Shown here one piece after another: positions 30,201 to 40,571 of a DNA stretch of 64,000 nucleotides. Origin of the DNA: Smithellaceae bacterium (GTDB lineage Bacteria > Desulfobacterota > Syntrophia > Syntrophales > Smithellaceae); NCBI GenBank assembly GCA_030690945.1, contig JAUYFM010000049.1, positions 8,088 to 72,087 of the forward strand, in the 5' to 3' direction. The position numbers and the translations under genes are program-made. The notes below the pieces were generated by a model. It was not told the DNA's origin. It saw nothing but the letters and a program-made list of their open reading frames with translations, and did no database searches. Position 1 is the stretch's first letter; every line of letters starts with the position of its first letter.

Positions 30201-31487
30201 TTAAATCAATATGTGATGAACCTCGTATGCCTTTTTTTCGAGTTTACCCCTTATATCGGGATGAGCGATATTGATGAGCGCCTTCATCCTGTCGCGGACG
30301 GTTTTGCCTCTGAGAGAGGCAATCCCGTAATCGGTTACTATATAATCCACGTCATTCCGTGAAGTCGTAACTGCCGCACCTTCTTTAAGGGTTGGAACGA
30401 TCCTTGATAGGCCACCTTTTGCTGTCGCGGGAAGAGCTATAACTGCTTTCCCCCCCTGCGACATACGTGCGCCCCTCACAAAATCGAGCTGTCCGCCTAC
30501 ACCACTGAATTGTTTCGGGCCTAATGTGTCCGCACACACCTGTCCTAGGAGGTCAACCTCAATGGCCGAGTTGATGGCAACCATGTTTTTGTTCTGGGCA
30601 ATAATATATGGATTATTTGTATAGTCAACGGTACGCATCTCAATAATGGAGTTATCATCAATCCAGTCGTAGAACTCTCGCGAACCCATGAGAAAACTGA
30701 CGACTATTTTTCCTTTATGAAAATTTTTCTTCCTTCCATTAATAATGCCCTTCTCTACAAGGTGTTTCACCCCATCGGATATCATCTCCGAGTGGATACC
30801 GAGGTCTTTCAGGCCGCCAATGTTTTTCAATACTGCATCAGGTATTCCGCCAATGCCCAATTGGAGACAGGAACCGTCTTCTATGAGTTCAGTCACATGT
30901 TTCCCAATAGTTCTTTCCACTTCTGTCATTTCTGTTCCTTTGAGTTCTGCTATGGGCACATCCACTTCGACAAAATAGTCTATTTCTGAAACATGCACAA
31001 AGGACTCTCCGTGGGTTCTCGGCATCGTTTTGTTTATCTCTGCAATAACAATTTTTGCACATTCCACAGCTTTCTTTGTATAGTCAACAGACACCCCCAG
31101 ACTGCAATAACCGTTTTTGTCGGGAGGCGAAACAGTTACCATTGCTACGTCCACCGGGAGCAGCGTATCAAAGAGAAAAGGAATCTCGCTGAATATATAG
31201 GGAATATAATCTGCCCTATTCTCCCATATGGCCTCTCTCGTTGGCGCACCGGAAAATAATGCAACATGCCTGAAGCTTTTAGCGTATTCGGGACGGCAAT
31301 ATAAGGCTTCACCCATGGGTACCATGTGAACAATCTGCACGTCATTCAGTTCATTCACCCTTTTCATTAATTCGCCCGGCAAAACTCTCGGTTCTCCGCA
31401 CGCATGGGAAAATACAATCCGGTCACCTGATCTGACCTTTTTTACGGCCTCATAAGCGGAGCACAAACGTTCTTTGTAACTATTCAT
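30201..31487 (-). CDS. Acetyl-CoA hydrolase/transferase family, 4-hydroxybutyrate CoA-transferase-like
   Basis: LQLGIGGIP, GIHSEM, SGVGGQLDFVRGA, VTDYGIA. Confidence 0.9.
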   Translation of the reverse strand: MNSYKERLCSAYEAVKKVRSGDRIVFSHACGEPRVLPGELMKRVNELNDVQIVHMVPMGEALYCRPEYAKSFRHVALFSGAPTREAIWENRADYIPYIFSEIPFLFDTLLPVDVAMVTVSPPDKNGYCSLGVSVDYTKKAVECAKIVIAEINKTMPRTHGESFVHVSEIDYFVEVDVPIAELKGTEMTEVERTIGKHVTELIEDGSCLQLGIGGIPDAVLKNIGGLKDLGIHSEMISDGVKHLVEKGIINGRKKNFHKGKIVVSFLMGSREFYDWIDDNSIIEMRTVDYTNNPYIIAQNKNMVAINSAIEVDLLGQVCADTLGPKQFSGVGGQLDFVRGARMSQGGKAVIALPATAKGGLSRIVPTLKEGAAVTTSRNDVDYIVTDYGIASLRGKTVRDRMKALINIAHPDIRGKLEKKAYEVHHILI

Positions 31488-31861
31488 CCTTTCCTCCTTT
31501 ACTGGGGCTCACGTCGCCCTCTCCCCGGGCAAAGCCACGACCCGCAAGCGGGTACCCCGACCTTCCTTTCTCGCTCGCGAAACTCGCTAAATAACTGCTT
31601 AAACGATTCATCCAGAACTTCTTGCTAACTCAGGATAATGGTCATACCTTTAGCATTATCAACCGGGTTTTCTTAGTTAAACAAGCTCTGGAACATTCAT
31701 TCACCATTATTGATATGTTTTCGCGGGGGATATCATCGGTGAGAAGGGCTTCCAAGGCTTTCTTTACATCTTTCGCGTGTACACGGTGTGATGCGGATAT
31801 GCATCAGATAAAAACATCGGGTTTGTTGTTTACCTCAAAACTCATAACTCAAAACCGTCTT

Positions 31862-32572
31862 TTACACTGCCAGATATTGTTTCTTTATGGCATCGTCTTT
31901 TTTGAATGTTTCAATATCCGCTTCATACCTGATGTGGCCTTTATCTATAATGGCAACACAGTCTGAAACAGCCATGGCGAATTTGATATTCTGTTCTGAA
32001 AGCAGTATCGTAGTTCCCACCTCTTTCAGTTTTAAAACGAGGTCTTTCAAGGTTTTCACCATAACAGGGCTCAGCCCTTCGGTAGGCTCATCAAGAAGGA
32101 GCACCACCGGATTCCCCATGAGGGTTCTCGCTATGGTAAGCATCTGCTGCTCGCCGCCGGATAACGTTCCGCCCTGCCTGGACTGGAAATCCTTCAAAAC
32201 AGGGAAGAACTCATACACCAGATCAAGGTTCCAGATACCTTTCCTACTTTTACCCATTGAAACACCCAGAATCAAATTTTCTTTTACCGTGAGAGGCCCG
32301 AAAATCTTACGGTCTTCGGGAACAAGACCAAGGCCAAGGCGGGCAATCTTAAACGTTTTCATCCCTGTAATATCCTGCCCCTTAAAGTATACTTTCCCTT
32401 TTTTCGGCACAATATCCATAATAAGGGTTTTAAAGGTTGTACTCTTACCGGCGCCATTCCGGCCCATGAGACAGAGTGTCTCACCTTCGTTGACGGTCAA
32501 GTTTACGTCGAACAATATGTGGCTTTTCCCATAATAGGAATTTATATTTTCAGCGACCAGAAAATCAGCCAT
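31862..32572 (-). CDS. Liv-type ABC ATP-binding protein (LivF-like)
   Basis: GRNGAGKS, LSGGEQQML, LLLDEPTEGL. Confidence 0.93.
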   Translation of the reverse strand: MADFLVAENINSYYGKSHILFDVNLTVNEGETLCLMGRNGAGKSTTFKTLIMDIVPKKGKVYFKGQDITGMKTFKIARLGLGLVPEDRKIFGPLTVKENLILGVSMGKSRKGIWNLDLVYEFFPVLKDFQSRQGGTLSGGEQQMLTIARTLMGNPVVLLLDEPTEGLSPVMVKTLKDLVLKLKEVGTTILLSEQNIKFAMAVSDCVAIIDKGHIRYEADIETFKKDDAIKKQYLAV

Positions 32573-32573
32573 T

Positions 32574-33329
32574 TTACAATACCTCTTTTCCTAGATAGGC
32601 TTCTATTACCGTTTCGTGCTGTCGTATGTAATCGGGCGGTCCTTCAGCAATAAGCTGTCCCTGCACCAATACCCTGATAATTTCTGCAATACCGAAAACT
32701 ATATCCATATCGTGCTCGATGAATATCGTTGTTAACTGGAAATATTCATGGAGTTCTTTCAGGAGATGCATCATCTTGATCCGCTCATCGGGGGCCATCC
32801 CTGCAGTCGGTTCATCAAGAAGCAGTATTTTCGGGTTCAATGTTAATGCTATTGCGATATCGAGAATTTTTGTATCTCCGTGTGATAATTCTGAAGCCTT
32901 CAGGTCTTTGCAATGAGAAAGTCCTATTTTATCAAGGATAAACCCTGCATGTTCACGGGCATCCTTGAAAGCCATTCTATCGGCAAAAATCTTTGCATTC
33001 TTTCTGAAATTCGAAAGGGCTGCCAGATATACATTATCAAAAACAGTTTCCTCGAGAAAAAGGCTCGACACCTGAAAGGCACGCACCATCCCAAGCTTTA
33101 CTATCTTCTCCGGTTTTTCACTTGTTATGTCCTGATCTTCATATATAACGGTACCATCGTCAGAGGGGATAAAACCCGTTATAAGATTGAAAAAGGTCGT
33201 TTTCCCCGCCCCGTTAGGCCCGATAATCGCTGACATCTCGCCCTTTTTGACACTGATACTTACATGGTTTGCCACATGAATGCCGCCGAAATGCTTGTCA
33301 ATGTTTTTAATTTCAAGAATTACAGACAA
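32574..33329 (-). CDS. Liv-type ABC ATP-binding protein (LivG-like)
   Basis: GPNGAGKTT, LSHG, LLLDEPTAGM, IEHDM, EAYLG. Confidence 0.93.
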   Translation of the reverse strand: MSVILEIKNIDKHFGGIHVANHVSISVKKGEMSAIIGPNGAGKTTFFNLITGFIPSDDGTVIYEDQDITSEKPEKIVKLGMVRAFQVSSLFLEETVFDNVYLAALSNFRKNAKIFADRMAFKDAREHAGFILDKIGLSHCKDLKASELSHGDTKILDIAIALTLNPKILLLDEPTAGMAPDERIKMMHLLKELHEYFQLTTIFIEHDMDIVFGIAEIIRVLVQGQLIAEGPPDYIRQHETVIEAYLGKEVL

Positions 33330-33349
33330 CTTCCGTCTCCTTTCCCTCT

Positions 33350-34279
33350 TTAGTTCTTGTTGCCAGCCAAACGCTTAATCCCCAGTACGCCTCTCGGGAA
33401 GAGCAGGACAACGATGAGCACCACCACGCCGATACTGAACGACCAGTATTCGGTGTATTTTCCTACTATTGTCTCTAATCCGGTAAGGATGCCGGCGCCA
33501 ACAACAGGACCAAAGAAAGTCCCCATACCGCCTATGGTTGCCATGAGAATTGCATTCCCTGATGTCGGCCAGTGCAGCATATCAGGATGGATACTTCCAT
33601 CAAGACCGGCGTAGAGCCCGCCTGCTACACCCGTAAAGAAGGCCGATATAACAAACGCCTTGAGCTGATTTTTATATACGTTTAAACCAAGGAAGGTTAT
33701 CCTTTGAGGGTTCTGCCTTATACAATTCAAAACGGACCCGAACGGGGATCTTCGTATCCTCCATAGAATATACATGCAGATAGTGACCACTATGAAGCAG
33801 AATAGATAATACTTCGTTACACTTCCGGCAAGCATGGCAGGTTTTGCTATTGCCTGAATACCGTCATCGCCGCCCGTGAAGTGATAGAGTTTGAAGGTAA
33901 GACCCCACGCCAATTGCGCAAAAGCCAGCGTAAGCATAGTGAAATAGATGCCTGTTAACCTGAGGGTCAAGAGCCCGATAAAAACAGAGACAAGAGCGGC
34001 TCCGGCTGCACCGAGTACTATAAAAAGAAGAAAGAATTCCGGGCCTGTTGCCTTGACAAGCATACCGGTAATATAGGCGCCTATGCCGTAAAAAAGCGCA
34101 TGCCCGAATGATACAAGCCCCGTTGTTCCATATAAAAGATTAAAGGCAACAGCATAAAGACTGAAAATGATAACCCTCGCAACGAGGTGAATGTAATGGG
34201 TACCTGGATCTACAATAAGTATTCCAAGAAAGAATACGAAATAACAAACCCAGGGCAGGTAATCTTTCAATTTTTTCAA
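33350..34279 (-). CDS. Liv-type ABC permease (LivM-like)
   Basis: GLVSFGHALFYGIGAY, YFTMLTLAFAQ, TGGDDG. Confidence 0.92.
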   Translation of the reverse strand: MKKLKDYLPWVCYFVFFLGILIVDPGTHYIHLVARVIIFSLYAVAFNLLYGTTGLVSFGHALFYGIGAYITGMLVKATGPEFFLLFIVLGAAGAALVSVFIGLLTLRLTGIYFTMLTLAFAQLAWGLTFKLYHFTGGDDGIQAIAKPAMLAGSVTKYYLFCFIVVTICMYILWRIRRSPFGSVLNCIRQNPQRITFLGLNVYKNQLKAFVISAFFTGVAGGLYAGLDGSIHPDMLHWPTSGNAILMATIGGMGTFFGPVVGAGILTGLETIVGKYTEYWSFSIGVVVLIVVLLFPRGVLGIKRLAGNKN

Positions 34280-34283
34280 AGCG

Positions 34284-35168
34284 TTATTTCCTCCCCACCA
34301 TTTTTTTCGATAGAAGTCCTTCAGGTTTTACGATCAAGACTATAATCATAACGATAAAGGTAAGGACGGTAGCCATTTCAGGCATCCAGAGGATTCCGAA
34401 AGAGAGAACTTCACCAATAATTAAAGCACCAAGCAGGGCACCCCAGAAATTGCCAAACCCTCCAATAACTACTACAATCATAGAGTCAATAATTATTTCA
34501 ATTCCAGCACCGGGCGTAACTGTTCTCAAAGGTGCTGCCAGCACGCCGGCAAGTCCACCCATGGCCGTTGCCACTCCAAAAACGAGTGTCATGATCATGG
34601 GGACATTCGTTCCGAGCAGACCGAGCATATTTCTGTCGAGAGACGAAGCCCTCACCATTTTTCCTTTGTCCGTTTTCGTGAGAAAATACCATGCGAACAA
34701 AACAACGAGCATGCCAACCACGATGATGAAAATATTGTAAGTCGGAACAATTGTTGTTCCTAAGTTCAAAGAGCCCATAAGGGCATCGGGCTTAGGTATG
34801 GTCTTATACTCAGGGCCCCAGATAAACTTTACCACGTCGTCGATGATGAGTATGAATGCGTATGTCATGAGTAATTGAAACGCGCCTTCCTGATCCCTCC
34901 CGTAAATGCGCCTGAGAAAAAGGACCTCAATCACCATTCCTACTATCCCCGCACCTATAACACCAACGAGAAGCCCTACCCAGAAATTATTAAATACCTG
35001 CATAAGCTGATAGGTAAAGTATGTACCCAGGAGGTAGAAGGAACCATGCGCGAAATTCAGGACATTTACCACGCCGAATATGAGGGTAAGGCCGCTTGCG
35101 ACAAGAAATAACAACATGGCAACGGAAAGACCACTGACAAACTGTGCAATTAATGTATTAAAATCCAT
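34284..35168 (-). CDS. Liv-type ABC permease (LivH-like)
   Basis: ASGLTLIFGVVNVLNFAHG, VVVIGGFG, KPEGL. Confidence 0.92.
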   Translation of the reverse strand: MDFNTLIAQFVSGLSVAMLLFLVASGLTLIFGVVNVLNFAHGSFYLLGTYFTYQLMQVFNNFWVGLLVGVIGAGIVGMVIEVLFLRRIYGRDQEGAFQLLMTYAFILIIDDVVKFIWGPEYKTIPKPDALMGSLNLGTTIVPTYNIFIIVVGMLVVLFAWYFLTKTDKGKMVRASSLDRNMLGLLGTNVPMIMTLVFGVATAMGGLAGVLAAPLRTVTPGAGIEIIIDSMIVVVIGGFGNFWGALLGALIIGEVLSFGILWMPEMATVLTFIVMIIVLIVKPEGLLSKKMVGRK

Positions 35169-35192
35169 ACCTGAGCCCTATTCCTTTGCTGA

Positions 35193-36437
35193 TTACTTAC
35201 CCTTTACCTTCGTCATATAGTCAATGTATTCAAAATTCGGCCAGAGTTTGTCGGCAGGATACACTTTAAGGTTGCCCAGCATAAACTTTGCGGGCGGGAA
35301 TTTATCATTCTTTACCGTTGTACCAATGGCCTGTACCTGGACAATCTGATGTGTCTTCGGATCGATATAGGAGGTAAATCCCGGTGGATCCTCAGGACAC
35401 TGAATCTTCATGCCTTCCAGAGCTTTCACAAGTGCCTCTGTATCGTTTGCATTGCCGACCTTCCTTATGGCCTCAGCGATCATGTGGATACCCACATAGG
35501 CGCCTTCCGCTGCATAGGAGGGATATCTGCCGGCAGCCTTGTAAAATTTGTCTACATAAGCCTTGTTTGCAGGAGTCTCAGGCCAATTGTTGTGGTGGCG
35601 AGCAGACATAATAATGCCTTCAGGCATATCGGAGCCGAGTGCAGCCATTGCCTCATAGTTTCCGCCTGCATCAACATGGAAATATTTCATCTTGCCGAAA
35701 AGGCCGTACGGTTTTGCCTGTTTGATAAAGGAAACGGTGTCTCCACCCCAGAAACCAACTATCAGAATATCCGGGGCTGCTTTCATAATCGCGGTAATAT
35801 AGGATGTATAATCCGGTTCATAGAGTTTCGGCCAATATTCACCGACAACTTCATACTTTACTCCCAGCTTGTCGAGACCCCACTTTACTTCCATCCACTG
35901 GTCTCTTCCATACGCGTAGTCTGGGCCGATATAGGCGATCTTCTTCCAGTTCTTCACTTCATCCTTCAGGTACATGGCGCCCGCCATCATCGACTGAAAG
36001 GTGTTATTGCTGCTTCTGAAATAGTATTTATGAAATTTGTTGGCCGTTAAATCTGTTGCAGCGTGGTCTGAACCGACAAAGATAACCTTATTCTCTTTAC
36101 TGACCTCCGTTACAGCAAGGCCGATCGCCGATGAAATAATACCAAAAAGAAATTTACATTTTTCATCGGTGATATACCGTTTCGCAACACTGACAGCATA
36201 CAGGGGGTTCTTGTCATCGGTAATGATTACTTCTAATTTAGCGCCATCTGGCAACCCCTTTGCATTTACTTCATCCAGTGCAATCTTGATGGCAACCTCC
36301 GAGTCCTTACCATACTGTCCTCCACGGCCTGTCATGGTGTAGAGCGCACCGATCTTGATTGTCTCGGCACCATAGACGGCTGTAAGAGGGGACAATACTG
36401 CTAAAATAAGCAATAACGAAATAAGCTTGTGTTTCAT
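35193..36437 (-). CDS. Liv-type ABC substrate-binding protein
   Basis: Signal peptide, IKIGALY, PDYAYGRD, DYTSYIT; AGGAGG RBS. Confidence 0.9.
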   Translation of the reverse strand: MKHKLISLLLILAVLSPLTAVYGAETIKIGALYTMTGRGGQYGKDSEVAIKIALDEVNAKGLPDGAKLEVIITDDKNPLYAVSVAKRYITDEKCKFLFGIISSAIGLAVTEVSKENKVIFVGSDHAATDLTANKFHKYYFRSSNNTFQSMMAGAMYLKDEVKNWKKIAYIGPDYAYGRDQWMEVKWGLDKLGVKYEVVGEYWPKLYEPDYTSYITAIMKAAPDILIVGFWGGDTVSFIKQAKPYGLFGKMKYFHVDAGGNYEAMAALGSDMPEGIIMSARHHNNWPETPANKAYVDKFYKAAGRYPSYAAEGAYVGIHMIAEAIRKVGNANDTEALVKALEGMKIQCPEDPPGFTSYIDPKTHQIVQVQAIGTTVKNDKFPPAKFMLGNLKVYPADKLWPNFEYIDYMTKVKGK

Positions 36438-36491
36438 GAAAACCTCCTGTTTAAATTTTATTTTGAAGTAATCAAACCACGTTCTTTATTT

Positions 36492-36507
36492 AGCAATTTA
36501 TATGCCA
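36492..36507 (-). promoter_or_regulatory. Sigma54 -24/-12 promoter
   Basis: TGGCATATAAATTGCT on the minus strand (GG-N10-GC), 55 bp upstream of the binding-protein gene; EBP gene adjacent. Confidence 0.85.
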
Positions 36508-36767
36508 CTGGACATATGGACATATTTCTGTCAAACAGATCAAAAAAGTAATTTTGTTCTTGAAATCTATGCTCTATAATCCCAAATTCCAAATAAACTC
36601 CAATAATCACGAGCTAAACTGCACATGTTGAATGCTTTTCCTACCTAGTTATTGTGATTTGTGATTTGTCTGTAATTTTATGTACCCACCTGCGGCGGGT
36701 GTTGGTTATTGGTTATTACATACATGTGCTTGGAGTTTAGAATTCAGCACCTTTTATGATACTTTTT

Positions 36768-36797
36768 TCAAAATGATGCATTATTACATCATTTTGA
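36768..36797. promoter_or_regulatory. Inverted repeat: candidate EBP upstream activating sequence or terminator
   Basis: TCAAAATGATG-N8-CATCATTTTGA immediately after the EBP stop, about 260 bp upstream of the sigma54 promoter. Confidence 0.5.
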
Positions 36798-36799
36798 TG

Positions 36800-38212
36800 C
36801 TAATCTGCATCGGATGGCCTGACATTCAATTTTTTCATCTTACGGACAATCGTGCTCTGGCTGATTTTCAGGTTTTTCGCAACCTTATGGGTACTCCCGT
36901 ATTTATCGATTGCGTTCTTGAGAACCCTGTACTCCATGAGATTCACGATTTCGTTATACGACCTGTTTTCACTATCTATGAGGATACGTTGCGAATCCAC
37001 GGCACCCCTCACATGAAGAGGGAGATCCTCAACTTCTATCAGGTCGTTCTTGCTGATCAGAAAAGCCTGCTCGATAATGTTGGAAAGCTCCCTCACATTA
37101 CCGGGAAATGGATAAAACATGAGCAGCTGCGTAGTCTGAGGATTGAAATGTTTTTTCATGTTGTACCGCTCATTAAGCCGTTCGGTGAAATATTGTATCA
37201 GGGGTATTATATCTTCGGTGCGCTCCCGCAATGGCGGGATGATAAAAGAGATCGTGTTAAGGCGGAAATATAAATCCTGCCTGAACTTTTTATGCTCAAG
37301 AAGGATGGGCATATCCTGGTTCGTGGCAGATATGATCCTTATATTAAGCTTTACTGTTTTCGTGGAACCAAGCCTCGTCATCTCTTTCTCTTCAATAACA
37401 CGTAATAGTTTTGACTGGAGTCTCAGGCTCATATCGCCTATTTCATCCAGAAAAACCGAGCCCTTATCGGCTACTTCAAGAAGTCCTTTTTTCCCTTTCG
37501 TACTCGCACCGGAAAAGGCACCGGGGTCATAGCCGAAGAGCTCGCTTTCAAAGAGGTCTTCGGGGATGCCGGCACAGTTAATCACGATAAATGGCTGGTC
37601 TTTTCTGCTGCTCGATTCATGGATGAGCCTTGTCATGAGCCCCTTACCCACACCGGACTCGCCCATTATCAGAATATTTGAATCGAATTGGGCGGCCTTT
37701 ATTGCCAGTTCCAGAATTTCAAAAATCTTTTTACTCTTTGTTGCAAACTTTATCTTCTGCTGCTGAAGGATCTTAATCTTGTCAAGCTCTGCCAGATAAC
37801 GGTTCGCTTCAAGCGTCCGCTCATGCAGCTTGTCCTTTAACTCCATGAGTTCCGTGATATCCCTTACATTCGTCACAACGAGGGCGATTGCGCCTTCGTC
37901 TTCATCAAAAACAGGACTCCCTGTTACAAGCACCTTTTTCCCGTTCCTCAATTCCTGCATAATGGTAACCGGCTTCTTCTTATCTATTACCTCCACACTC
38001 ACGGAACGGTCAATCACACCGGAGGCAACAAGGTCCCTCATGTTTTTTCCGAGCACCTCTTCACGTTTGATACCGGCTATTCTCTCGTAGGCCTGGTTAA
38101 TCATAAGGGTATTGGCATCACCGTCTGTGATATAAAGCCCGTCGTAGGTATTTTCTATGATAGCTTCGAGGTCTTTTGCAAATTTCAGAATATGTTTTCT
38201 GAGTTTTTCCAT
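36800..38212 (-). CDS. PAS-domain sigma54-dependent transcriptional activator
   Basis: N-terminal PAS, GESGVGK, ESELFGY, GAFSGA, FLDEIG, FPGNVREL, C-terminal Fis HTH. Confidence 0.95.
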   Translation of the reverse strand: MEKLRKHILKFAKDLEAIIENTYDGLYITDGDANTLMINQAYERIAGIKREEVLGKNMRDLVASGVIDRSVSVEVIDKKKPVTIMQELRNGKKVLVTGSPVFDEDEGAIALVVTNVRDITELMELKDKLHERTLEANRYLAELDKIKILQQQKIKFATKSKKIFEILELAIKAAQFDSNILIMGESGVGKGLMTRLIHESSSRKDQPFIVINCAGIPEDLFESELFGYDPGAFSGASTKGKKGLLEVADKGSVFLDEIGDMSLRLQSKLLRVIEEKEMTRLGSTKTVKLNIRIISATNQDMPILLEHKKFRQDLYFRLNTISFIIPPLRERTEDIIPLIQYFTERLNERYNMKKHFNPQTTQLLMFYPFPGNVRELSNIIEQAFLISKNDLIEVEDLPLHVRGAVDSQRILIDSENRSYNEIVNLMEYRVLKNAIDKYGSTHKVAKNLKISQSTIVRKMKKLNVRPSDAD

Positions 38213-38639
38213 CCCTCACAATTCCCCTACAAAACCTTCTATGCGTCCACTCCCTTTCTTAATTCTCCTGTAATTTTAATTAATTTACAAGCGAAAAATC
38301 TTATTAAAGAAAAGGGGGTAGTCGGTTAGCGTCACCTGAGTCGAGTAGACAGATTTCTTCCGATATTTAGGTTGATGTTTGTTTTCTCCGTTGGCCTTCA
38401 TAAAACAGATTAACCTTTTCAAGATTATTAAGGAAACAAAATCATTGATAATGATTCGAAGTCTTGCATTTTCGTCAAGGTTGGATGGTTGTGGATAGCA
38501 GGAAGACATGCTCAAGCGCGATTCTTGATGGGGGTTGCCTCTACGTCAAACTAAAAAGCCGACCGGAAATTCATTCCAGCCGGCTTTCTGTTCTTCAGCA
38601 ACCCGGCAAACACCGGGATCATAATTTCCCTACATTTTT

Positions 38640-40541
38640 TTACTTTTTCCCGTAACCAATCGCCTTGGCCGATTCCGTAATGGCCGGCAGAACCGCCGGA
38701 TCGTCGATGGTGGATGGAACAACATAATCCTTGCCGTCCACGATTTTGCGCATGGTACTGCGCAGGATCTTACCGGAACGGGTCTTGGGCAGCGCCTTGA
38801 CCACGGCGGCTTCCTTGAAGCAGGCGAGTGCGCCCAGTTCCTGCCGCACCATCTTCACCAGCTCCGCAATGATGTCTTCAGGTTTGCGATCCACGCCGGC
38901 TTTCAAAACAACAAAACCTACCGGCACCTGGCCTTTGAGTTGGTCGTCCGCACCCAGCACGGCACATTCCGCGACGTCCTTGTGCTTGGAAACGATTTCT
39001 TCCATCGATCCTGTGGAAAGCCTGTGGCCGGCCACATTGATCACGTCGTCAATGCGTCCCATAATGTAAACGTACCCGTCCAGATCGAAGCGGCCGCCAT
39101 CTCCGGTAACATAATAGCCGGGTCTTTCGGTGACATATTCCAGATAGCGTTTGTCGTCTTTCCACAGCGTGGGCAGACAGCCCGGAGGCAGGGGCAGTTG
39201 AATTACAACAGCGCCTTCCTGGCCGTTGGGCAGAGGTTTACCGTCGAGATCCTGGATCTGAATGTTATAGCCGGGCACCGGCTTGGTGGGCGATCCGGCC
39301 TTGATCGGAAAAGGTTCAATGCCCATGCAGTTCGCGGCTATCGGCCAGCCGGTTTCGGTCTGCCACCAGTGATCGACAACAGGAATCTTCATCATATCAC
39401 TGGCCCAGTGATACGTGTCGGGATCGAGCCGTTCACCAGCCAGAAACAAATATCTCAGACAAGCAATGTTGTATTTTTTCAGATAATCCCCGTTGGGGTC
39501 TTCCTTTTTAATGGCGCGAAACGCCGTTGGTGCGGTAAATAGGATGGACACGCCATGTTGGGAAATAACCCTCCAGAAGGCGCCGGGGTCGGGAGTTCCC
39601 ACGGGCTTGCCCTCATATAGAATCGTGGTGCAGCCGTAAAGCAGCGGCGCATACACAATATAGGAGTGGCCGACAACCCAGCCGACGTCGGAGGCAGCCC
39701 AGAAAACTTCGCCAGGTCGGATGTCGTAGATGTATTTCATCGACCATTTCAGAGCGACGGCGTGGCCGCCGTTGTCGCGCATGACGCCTTTGGGCTTACC
39801 GGTTGTACCGGATGTATAAAGAATATAGAGTGGATCCGTTGCGGCAACCGGAACGCAGGGGACAGCCTTGGCGCCTTTGACCAATTCTTCCCAATCCAAA
39901 TCGTGTCCCGCCGTCAACTCGGCCTTCACCTGCGGGCGTTGATAAATGACACACTTTTGAGGTTTGTGCGAGGCGATCTTAATCGCCTCGTCCAGAAGCG
40001 GTTTGTAGGCGAGAACTTTTTTGCCTTCTATGCCGCAGGAAGCGGAAATCATAACTTTGGGTTTGGCATCGTCAATCCGGATGGCCAGTTCATTGGGCGC
40101 AAATCCGCCGAAAACGACGGAATGCACGGCGCCAATGCGCGCGCAGGCGAACATCGCCACCACGGCTTCCGGAATCATCGGCATATAGATAATCACCGTG
40201 TCGCCTTTCGTAACGCCTAAACCGGCCATCGCCCCGGCGAATTTGGCAACGAAGTCGAGGAGTTCTCCATAGGTGATCTTTTTGACGGTATCGGTGACGG
40301 GACTGTCGTAAATAATGGCGACCTGGTCTTTTCTACCTGACTCCACCTGATAGTCAAGCGCGTTGTAACAGGTATTGAGTTCGCCGCCGGCAAACCAGCG
40401 ATAAAAAGGCTTATTGCTGTCGTCAAGAACTTTATCCCATTTTTTCGTCCACTGAATTGCTGCGGCTGCTTTACCCCAGAAAACATCGGGCTGGTTGATC
40501 GACTGCTCATACGCAGCTCTGTATTTCAACGAATCAGACAT
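38640..40541 (-). CDS. prpE: Propionyl-CoA synthetase (AMP-forming)
   Basis: YTSGTTGKPKG, WAASDVGWVVGHSY, DHWWQTETGW, PKTRSGKILR. Confidence 0.9.
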   Translation of the reverse strand: MSDSLKYRAAYEQSINQPDVFWGKAAAAIQWTKKWDKVLDDSNKPFYRWFAGGELNTCYNALDYQVESGRKDQVAIIYDSPVTDTVKKITYGELLDFVAKFAGAMAGLGVTKGDTVIIYMPMIPEAVVAMFACARIGAVHSVVFGGFAPNELAIRIDDAKPKVMISASCGIEGKKVLAYKPLLDEAIKIASHKPQKCVIYQRPQVKAELTAGHDLDWEELVKGAKAVPCVPVAATDPLYILYTSGTTGKPKGVMRDNGGHAVALKWSMKYIYDIRPGEVFWAASDVGWVVGHSYIVYAPLLYGCTTILYEGKPVGTPDPGAFWRVISQHGVSILFTAPTAFRAIKKEDPNGDYLKKYNIACLRYLFLAGERLDPDTYHWASDMMKIPVVDHWWQTETGWPIAANCMGIEPFPIKAGSPTKPVPGYNIQIQDLDGKPLPNGQEGAVVIQLPLPPGCLPTLWKDDKRYLEYVTERPGYYVTGDGGRFDLDGYVYIMGRIDDVINVAGHRLSTGSMEEIVSKHKDVAECAVLGADDQLKGQVPVGFVVLKAGVDRKPEDIIAELVKMVRQELGALACFKEAAVVKALPKTRSGKILRSTMRKIVDGKDYVVPSTIDDPAVLPAITESAKAIGYGKK

Positions 40542-40571
40542 ACCTCCTCCTTTTATCAGATGAAAATTTTT

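Noticed and set aside
36680-37273. 197-aa plus-strand ORF
   Set aside because: Antisense shadow of the sigma54 activator
38285-38655. Short ORFs between the EBP gene and prpE
   Set aside because: No RBS or motifs; probably promoter and terminator DNA at the island edge
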